Assembly (NCBI GenBank): GCA_041674625.1
Contig: JBAYVI010000001.1
Span: 11,421-75,420 of the forward strand
Source: Melioribacteraceae bacterium
Lineage (GTDB): Bacteria > Bacteroidota > Ignavibacteria > Ignavibacteriales > Melioribacteraceae
Reading direction: 5' to 3'
DNA: 64,000 bases
The translations under genes were made by a program, and so were the position numbers. Position 1 is the stretch's first letter, and every line of letters begins with the position of its first letter. The notes beneath the pieces were generated by a model. It did no database searches. It was given only the letters and a program-made list of their open reading frames with translations, and was not told where the DNA came from. Below are positions 58,446-64,000 of this stretch, in pieces.

Positions 58446-58658
58446 ATGAGACTAAAGTACTTAATGCCAATAATAAAAAGAAATACTAAATTATGTGTTG
58501 GTTGCGGAAATTGTGAATATATTTTAGGAAAAGATATAATAAAAAGATTAGAAATCAATAAATTAGAATTAAATAAAGAGGAATATGATTTAAATAAAGG
58601 TAAAATATTAAAAGCCCTAGACAAATGTTATTTGGAGGCGTTAACAATGGAGGAATAA
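58446..58658 (+). CDS. hypothetical protein (70 aa)
   Basis: Track ORF with a CVGCGNC motif. Confidence 0.4.
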   Translation: MRLKYLMPIIKRNTKLCVGCGNCEYILGKDIIKRLEINKLELNKEEYDLNKGKILKALDKCYLEALTMEE

Positions 58659-58660
58659 AA

Positions 58661-58960
58661 ATGGTAATAACACCGGAAATTGTATCAACCGTAATCGTTT
58701 TAATGAAGATATTTGGAACTGTAATTGTATTTTTGTTATCTGTAATTTGTGTATTGGGCGGTGTTATTTGGAAGGATTTAAGGGCTGAAATAAAAATGAT
58801 AAAAAACGATTCTTTAAATTTATTGAATAATTTTAAAATAGAAGATGAAAAGAAATGCAACTCATGTTCCTCAAGGATTAAAGACGAACGTGATTCTTTA
58901 ATAAAAGAATGTGACGATTTATGGAGTGCCATTGAAGTTTGTTGCCCCAGAGTAAAATAA
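58661..58960 (+). CDS. holin-like membrane protein
   Basis: It has a hydrophobic N-terminal stretch IVSTVIVLMKIFGTVIVFLLSVICVLGGVIW followed by a charged tail. GGAGGA SD. Its stop overlaps the endolysin ATG (TAATG). Confidence 0.5.
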   Translation: MVITPEIVSTVIVLMKIFGTVIVFLLSVICVLGGVIWKDLRAEIKMIKNDSLNLLNNFKIEDEKKCNSCSSRIKDERDSLIKECDDLWSAIEVCCPRVK

Positions 58961-59514
58961 TGGCTGATTTTAAAGATTCGATAAAAATACTGATGGAATT
59001 AGAGTTCAATAATCCAGGAAATGCACTACATAAAAACAAGACAGAATCTGGGTATACTTATATGGGAATATATCAGAAAGCTCATCCTAAATGGGAAGGG
59101 TGGAAGATTGTTTTAGAGTATTTAGAAAAATATAAAAATATTAAAATTGCTTCTAAAAATTTATATATAAATGAACCATTAACCTTCTTGGTTAATTTGT
59201 TTTATAAAAAGACGTTTTGGGATAAAGCAAATCTTGATTTAATTAACTCTCAAAAAATATCAAATGAGATTTTTATATTTGGGGTTAACTCAGGGATGCC
59301 AGTGGCTATTAAAACAGCACAAAAATTAGTAGGAATTAGTCCAGATGGTGACGTAAGAGCAAAGACAATAAAGACATTGAATAATTTTGATGAGAAAGTA
59401 TTTGATGCAGAATATGATTTACTCGAACAAAAACATTATGCTATGTTAATTGAAAGGAATCCAAAATTAAAGATTTACGCGAATGGTTGGAGAAATAGAA
59501 GTATAGCTGTGTAG
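58960..59514 (+). CDS. putative endolysin (GH108-like)
   Basis: LMELEFNNPGNALHKNKTESGYTYMGIYQKAHPKW resembles a GH108 N-terminus, and the gene sits in the lysis block. The motif match is loose. Confidence 0.5.
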   Translation: MADFKDSIKILMELEFNNPGNALHKNKTESGYTYMGIYQKAHPKWEGWKIVLEYLEKYKNIKIASKNLYINEPLTFLVNLFYKKTFWDKANLDLINSQKISNEIFIFGVNSGMPVAIKTAQKLVGISPDGDVRAKTIKTLNNFDEKVFDAEYDLLEQKHYAMLIERNPKLKIYANGWRNRSIAV

Positions 59515-59535
59515 AGTATAATATGGAGGGTTGAT

Positions 59536-59694
59536 ATGAATAAAAATATTTGTTTAATTTACTTAGTTATGTTCCTATTTTGCACAAGCTGCACAGTTAA
59601 TTATGTTTGCCAGTCATCAAATGTAGATATAGATGCTAGAAAAGATATACAGGTAACTGATCCTTCTACCACTATAGGATTACCTGTATTATGA
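59536..59694 (+). CDS. small secreted/lipoprotein-like protein (spanin candidate)
   Basis: Hand-translated MNKNICLIYLVMFLFCTSCTVNYVCQSS... has a signal-like N-terminus with Cys residues. GGAGGG SD. It overlaps the next ATG. Confidence 0.35.
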   Translation: MNKNICLIYLVMFLFCTSCTVNYVCQSSNVDIDARKDIQVTDPSTTIGLPVL

Positions 59695-60095
59695 TACAAT
59701 ATAAAAGTGGCTTTAAGTACCAACTACACAATACTTATACTATAAACTTTCCATGGTTGACGGAACATCTTAATTACGAAGCAGACTTTCTTAAAATAAG
59801 TGGGGCAATGCTTATTATAGAAGCTGGATATGCTTGGGATGGGCCTAGCGGTCCAACTTGGGATAGTAAAAGTTCTATGAGGGCAAGCCTCATTCATGAT
59901 GCACTATATCAATTAATGCGTATAGGTATTTTACCAGAAAAATGCAGAGAACAAGCAGATGATGTTTTGTATGATATTTGCATTGAAGATGGGATGTTCA
60001 AGCCTAGGGCCTGGATTTGGTATAAGGCTGTTAGACTGATGGCAAGTGATATGGCTAAGAATGGTACGGAAAGAGAAATTCATATAGCACCATAG
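59691..60095 (+). CDS. DUF1353-like protein
   Basis: GYAWDGPSGPTWDSKSSMRASLIHDALYQLMR pattern. Confidence 0.6.
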   Translation: MIQYKSGFKYQLHNTYTINFPWLTEHLNYEADFLKISGAMLIIEAGYAWDGPSGPTWDSKSSMRASLIHDALYQLMRIGILPEKCREQADDVLYDICIEDGMFKPRAWIWYKAVRLMASDMAKNGTEREIHIAP

Positions 60096-60111
60096 AAACA
60101 CATTAATTTAT

Positions 60112-60154
60112 AAAAATACCCCTATTAATTACTTAAATTAATAGGGGTATTTTT
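60112..60154. terminator. bidirectional intrinsic terminator between convergent genes
   Basis: Perfect 19-bp stem AAAAATACCCCTATTAATT / AATTAATAGGGGTATTTTT with a 5-nt loop and A/T runs on both sides. Confidence 0.75.
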
Positions 60155-60416
60155 ATTCTTCGACTATTGCTACTCCATTAACATGTTCATCTATCTCAAT
60201 CGGGATGTCTCCCCATAGTGGTAATTTGTTTTCATCGTATTTAATAGGAACTTGCTTCCCCCAAATATATGCCTCCCTATTTTTAATTATTCCCTTATTT
60301 TCTTCTAATATTTCAAGATACATTTGCGGAGATAAAAATATCTTCTTTACTCCTCCGTCTTCTCTATATCTTTCAATAATTTTACGAATCCATTGTGTGT
60401 TATTTTCTTCCCGCAT
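60153..60416 (-). CDS. hypothetical protein (87 aa)
   Basis: Track ORF. It overlaps the upstream gene by 70 nt, so the true start may be internal. Confidence 0.45.
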   Translation of the reverse strand: MREENNTQWIRKIIERYREDGGVKKIFLSPQMYLEILEENKGIIKNREAYIWGKQVPIKYDENKLPLWGDIPIEIDEHVNGVAIVEE

Positions 60417-61015
60417 TCTTTAAAACTCGCTCTCATTATACATCTAATTATAAAAGAAACATCATTAGATTTTATTTTTAATTTCTTACACTTTCTGATT
60501 GTCTTTATAAATAATTCTCTTGCCTCTGGGTCTTGAAAATCATAGATCCTATCTACAGAGAAGATTATTTTCTTAATTTCCCTGTCTCTATCTGCTACTC
60601 TTGTCTTCTCCTTTTTTAATTTTCTATATAATTGAACTTTTGTAATCTTCTTTCTTATTTTATTTGCTTTCTTTTCAGAATCCCTCCTTATGGACTCTAA
60701 ATTTCTTGGTCTGTTTTTAATTGTTGGCCTTGTAAAATCGATAATATCAGCAAGAATTTCCTTATTCACCAGTGCTTGAATCCAATCATCAATGTCTTCC
60801 TGCGAAGAGAGGATGATCACTCCAGCATATACAACAGGAAACCCGTATATTGTTATTAGCCTTTTTCTTTGGTTCATCTGGTTGAAATGAATTGAATATT
60901 TTTCAACCAAGTATTCGTGTATTTGTTTAATTCCTTTTAATATATGTTTTCTAGGTTTTTCTATTACTTCTTCCGTTTGTTCTTGCATTTTGTTACCCAC
61001 ATTTAGAAATGCCAC
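60347..61015 (-). CDS. hypothetical basic protein (222 aa)
   Basis: Track ORF (GTG 61015). An alternative ATG at 60988 lies just 3' of the RNR stop. Confidence 0.5.
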   Translation of the reverse strand: MAFLNVGNKMQEQTEEVIEKPRKHILKGIKQIHEYLVEKYSIHFNQMNQRKRLITIYGFPVVYAGVIILSSQEDIDDWIQALVNKEILADIIDFTRPTIKNRPRNLESIRRDSEKKANKIRKKITKVQLYRKLKKEKTRVADRDREIKKIIFSVDRIYDFQDPEARELFIKTIRKCKKLKIKSNDVSFIIRCIMRASFKECGKKITHNGFVKLLKDIEKTEE

Positions 61016-64000
61016 AAGAAGAACACTTTTCGCACCCTTCTACCTTGATTATTTTACCACCGCACTCATGGCAAGGTTTTTCATGTTCATATAGATATTG
61101 TTTAATATAAGTTTTCAACACTCTATTCACAACTGCTGCAAAATCTGTAATATCCCCGCTTGACTTTTTTAATTGCTTAACAATAAATTCGTAATGAACT
61201 CCATGGCGCAATGCTAACGAAACCATTCTAGTCAAAGCCCGTTGATCCGAATCCATTAATGTGTGGGCTATATCGTCAAATTTAACCTTAGAATTCCTGA
61301 TTTGAATAGTTAAGGAATATAAACCATTCTTTTCCTTTGCGATCACCCCAGACTTGCAAGTTTTGGGAATGTATAGATCGTTCAATTCCCCAGCAAATAA
61401 TTCATATGGCATGTTGTTAAACAATCCTACAGCGACAACCCATGGGACTCCCTTAATTGTACAATGATGGATATCTGCTTCTAATTCTTTTGGTCTTTTC
61501 GGAGAAAGGTTAAATTTTACCCCATCTGGTCTTTCTTCATTCATTTTTGTTTTTGCCGCTGAATTGTAGAGAACCTGTTCGTCTCTTGATCCGTCACGAT
61601 AAACAGTAACACCCTTACAACCTAATTCCCATGCCATGCGATAAACACGGTCTACATCTTCCACTGTTGCTGTAGACGGCATATTAATCGTCTTTGAGAT
61701 AGACGAGTCCACATATTTTTGCATTTCTGCTTGCATTAAAATATGGTCTTCTGGGGAAATATCATTAGCCCCTTTGAAGATGTTTTTTAAGCTATCCGGT
61801 ACTTCTGGGATATTGATTGTTCCGGCTTCTTTCACTTTATTAATGATTGCAGATGCTTCTTCTGTGGTATAAGATTCCAATAGTTTTTTCTCAAACCATT
61901 TATTTACTAATACAAGTTTTTTGCCATCTAATACATGTTTCATTGTGATAACTGAGTAGTAAGGTTCGACCCCACTGGAACAGTCGCATATCATTGATAG
62001 AGTGTTGTGGCTAATGAATGAATTTGCGACATATGTGTTATTTTGTGGAACTTCTATATCTAATGTCATAGATGCGGAATCTTCTATGGACATTATTTCG
62101 TCAAAAAACAAATCCATCCCTATTGTATCACAAAATTCCTTTTTAAGTCTGTCATTCCCCTTGATGTATCTATATTTATCTTTTCCAAAGCCCACCGACC
62201 CAAACCCCTTTTTATACACCCTATACATTATTCTGTCGCCAAAACTGGAAGGATCAGATTCCTTATCATAAGGTTTAATATATGTATTAGTTCCCAATGC
62301 CCTCAGGCATATTGCTAAATCGAGAGCCATATTCTTTGAACAAGTATCTATGTATTCTGTATTTCCAGTTTTTGATCCGTCTCCTAACCAATATCCATGG
62401 ATAAACGATTCAATGCTTTTAACAGAAGACATTCTCACTTTTAAAGGTATTGATACTAAATGGGCCTTGGGTTTCAGAATTTCATTCATCTCTAAAAACT
62501 TAACAAATGGGATAGAATTAATGCATATACTCATGCAAGTTCCAGAATCATCATCTGTAGCATCAATGTTTATCGTATTCTTTATCAGCAGTTTGATTTC
62601 TGAAATTAGTTTTGATTCTTTTCTATCAATGTGTATCCTTATCCCCTTACCATGGACACTTCCATCGGCATAGATCAACCCTAGAAGGGTGGCGAATTCA
62701 GGAGTTATCTCATTGGGGAAAGATATCTCTTTATTCGCGCTAGTGTTGAATTTAATCCCATCACTCGTAAGTTGCTCGTTGGCTGTTTTGGCATACCCCC
62801 CTATTTTTGAGGCTAAAAAGTCTCCGGCCTTTAAATTATCTGCTCTTTCCCAATAGTATGTCTTTTCCTCAAAGTCATATATCCTATATTGATGATTAAA
62901 TGTGCTTTCAAGTTCCATGCCCGTTTTTGTTAATATTTTTTTTGTCGGTTGCTCTCCATTGACATACCCCTTTGTTGCTTTAGTTTTTATATTTTCTTGG
63001 GGTACTTCATATTCTATTGGTTGCCATTTTTCTCCTTTTTCATTTACAATTTCGCCTAATTTAAGAATCCCTTTGTCTGTTATCACTAATGTAGATGGAG
63101 ATTGGCAACCAGTAGGCGCAATTGTAGTAAGGTTGGCGTTTCTCCGCTTGGGACATCCTTCAACCCATCCTTTGTAAACACCTTCTTTTTCACCTAATTC
63201 AACGCTCATTTCATTGCTTTTTTCTGCAATGAATCTCATAACGCCCCCAGCGAATTCTCTCCCGTCTTCTGAATCATAACATAAACCCATTTGGATAAGA
63301 AGGTCATGCAATCCCATAAGCCCGATGCCGATTTTTCTGGTTCTTTCTAACGCTTCTTGGCATTCAGGGATGGGCATTAATGTCATGTCTAATACTCTAT
63401 TCTTGAACAAAGTTGCAATTTTTATAACTTTTTCAAGCCTATCCAAATCTACTTTCCCATTTTTTATAAAATTTCCGACATTAATCGAACCTAAAGAACA
63501 CGATTCGTAAAATAAAAGCCACTGTTCGCCGCAAGGATTTGTTGTCTTTAATCTGCCAAGGTGTGGGACTGTATTTGCTCTTTCTGCTGTATCTCCAAAT
63601 AAAACTCCAGGTTCCGCACTTTTCCATGCTTTCTGGCACAACAAATCCCATAGTTCTTTTTCCTTCCCGTCTTCGTCAATCTTATTCATGAAATCATCTG
63701 ATAGCAGAACGGATAAATTGTAATTGGTCAGCTTGTCTTTTTGTTCTTTGTAACGAATAAAATCAAGGATGTCTGCATGGGAAGCATCCAAAATCCCCAT
63801 ATTCGCACCCTTGCGCCTCCCGCCTTGTTTGATGGTATTAGTGCTGGTATCTTGCACCTCCATAAAGGACAATGGCCCAGAAGCCACTCCTTTAGTTGAA
63901 TTTACGCTTGCGTTCTTCGCTCTGAGATTTGAGTAGTTAGCCCCTACCCCCCCACCACTTTTAGAAATCTTAGCAGCATCAGCATAGAACTTGTAGATTG
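60993..64000 (-). CDS. nrdJ: class II (B12-dependent) ribonucleotide reductase, 5'-truncated by the window, intein-containing
   Basis: The frame is open to position 64000 (IYKFYADAAKISKSGGGVGANYSNLRAKNASVNSTKGVASGPLSFMEV...). Motifs are NPCGEQ, TIAPTG|intein|TLSMI and a C-terminal CxxC..CxxC ribbon. The track start at 63887 is an internal GTG. Confidence 0.9.
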   Translation of the reverse strand, partial: IYKFYADAAKISKSGGGVGANYSNLRAKNASVNSTKGVASGPLSFMEVQDTSTNTIKQGGRRKGANMGILDASHADILDFIRYKEQKDKLTNYNLSVLLSDDFMNKIDEDGKEKELWDLLCQKAWKSAEPGVLFGDTAERANTVPHLGRLKTTNPCGEQWLLFYESCSLGSINVGNFIKNGKVDLDRLEKVIKIATLFKNRVLDMTLMPIPECQEALERTRKIGIGLMGLHDLLIQMGLCYDSEDGREFAGGVMRFIAEKSNEMSVELGEKEGVYKGWVEGCPKRRNANLTTIAPTGCQSPSTLVITDKGILKLGEIVNEKGEKWQPIEYEVPQENIKTKATKGYVNGEQPTKKILTKTGMELESTFNHQYRIYDFEEKTYYWERADNLKAGDFLASKIGGYAKTANEQLTSDGIKFNTSANKEISFPNEITPEFATLLGLIYADGSVHGKGIRIHIDRKESKLISEIKLLIKNTINIDATDDDSGTCMSICINSIPFVKFLEMNEILKPKAHLVSIPLKVRMSSVKSIESFIHGYWLGDGSKTGNTEYIDTCSKNMALDLAICLRALGTNTYIKPYDKESDPSSFGDRIMYRVYKKGFGSVGFGKDKYRYIKGNDRLKKEFCDTIGMDLFFDEIMSIEDSASMTLDIEVPQNNTYVANSFISHNTLSMICDCSSGVEPYYSVITMKHVLDGKKLVLVNKWFEKKLLESYTTEEASAIINKVKEAGTINIPEVPDSLKNIFKGANDISPEDHILMQAEMQKYVDSSISKTINMPSTATVEDVDRVYRMAWELGCKGVTVYRDGSRDEQVLYNSAAKTKMNEERPDGVKFNLSPKRPKELEADIHHCTIKGVPWVVAVGLFNNMPYELFAGELNDLYIPKTCKSGVIAKEKNGLYSLTIQIRNSKVKFDDIAHTLMDSDQRALTRMVSLALRHGVHYEFIVKQLKKSSGDITDFAAVVNRVLKTYIKQYLYEHEKPCHECGGKIIKVEGCEKCSSCGISKCG
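62004..63107 (-). mobile_element. intein (368 aa) with LAGLIDADG homing-endonuclease domain
   Basis: It begins with Cys directly after TIAPTG (TGC at 63107-63105) and ends ...FISHN before Thr+1 (AAC at 62006-62004). Block B is TFNHQY. LAGLIDADG motifs are LLGLIYADGS and IHGYWLGDGS. Removing it restores the conserved APTGT(L/I)S. Confidence 0.85.

Noticed and set aside
1-64000. Alternative genetic code or stop-codon reassignment, suggested by the GGQ protein, the phage tRNAs and the startless ORF
   Set aside because: TAA, TAG (for example 13290-13292, 31854-31856, 43400-43402) and TGA (for example 9934-9936, 14131-14133, 16758-16760) all terminate well-supported genes. Long genes are intact under the standard code. 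No suppressor-type anticodon is present among the three tRNAs.
1-64000. Prophage boundaries, integrase or att sites
   Set aside because: No integrase, recombinase or transposase-like ORF, flanking bacterial housekeeping gene or long direct repeat was seen in this window. Lifestyle cannot be inferred from it.

Overview
The window is almost entirely an AT-rich tailed-phage genome segment, siphovirus-like with an HK97-type head and a lambda-like tail tip and no sheath gene. All calls come from reading the sequence and ORF translations and from motif recall; no database search was run.

Layout:
- 1-5.9 kb: leftward genes that look more G+C-rich, including an AAA+ ATPase and a DUF932-like protein.
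- 5.9-6.8 kb: an ORF-free, C-poor repeat (iteron-like) region at a strand switch.
- 8.1-12.1 kb: a leftward nucleotide/anti-defence-type block (NADAR, SLOG/DUF2493, dCMP-deaminase-like, C5-methyltransferase).
- 12.6-60.1 kb: one long rightward block with a GGQ release-factor-like protein, TerS, TerL, portal, a prohead protease fused to an AAA+ ATPase, MCP, 3 tRNAs, head-tail connectors, tail tube, a G/GT frameshift chaperone, tape measure, M/L/K/I-J-like tip proteins, fibre candidates and a lysis cassette.
- 60.1-64 kb: a leftward class II ribonucleotide reductase, 5'-truncated by the window edge, carrying a LAGLIDADG intein.

Most unusual observations:
1. A 9-kb, 11-gene nucleotide-sugar/glycosyltransferase/pyruvyl/methyl-transferase island sits between the tail-completion and tail-tube genes, with a fourth paralogous GT near the capsid genes. 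It has no Wzx/Wzy/initiating-transferase-like membrane proteins, so it is a candidate virion glycosylation system.
2. A four-copy Y-shaped structured element with compensatory base changes ends 31-35 nt upstream of four freestanding HNH/AP2 endonuclease genes.
3. Seven + strand copies of a sigma-28/FliA-type promoter consensus (TAAAGTTT-N11/12-GCCGATAA) occur, two of them embedded in-frame in coding sequence.
4. The prohead protease is fused to an AAA+ module.
5. Two G+C-rich islands carry putative receptor-binding/esterase genes.

No CRISPR array, rRNA, integrase or att site was seen.
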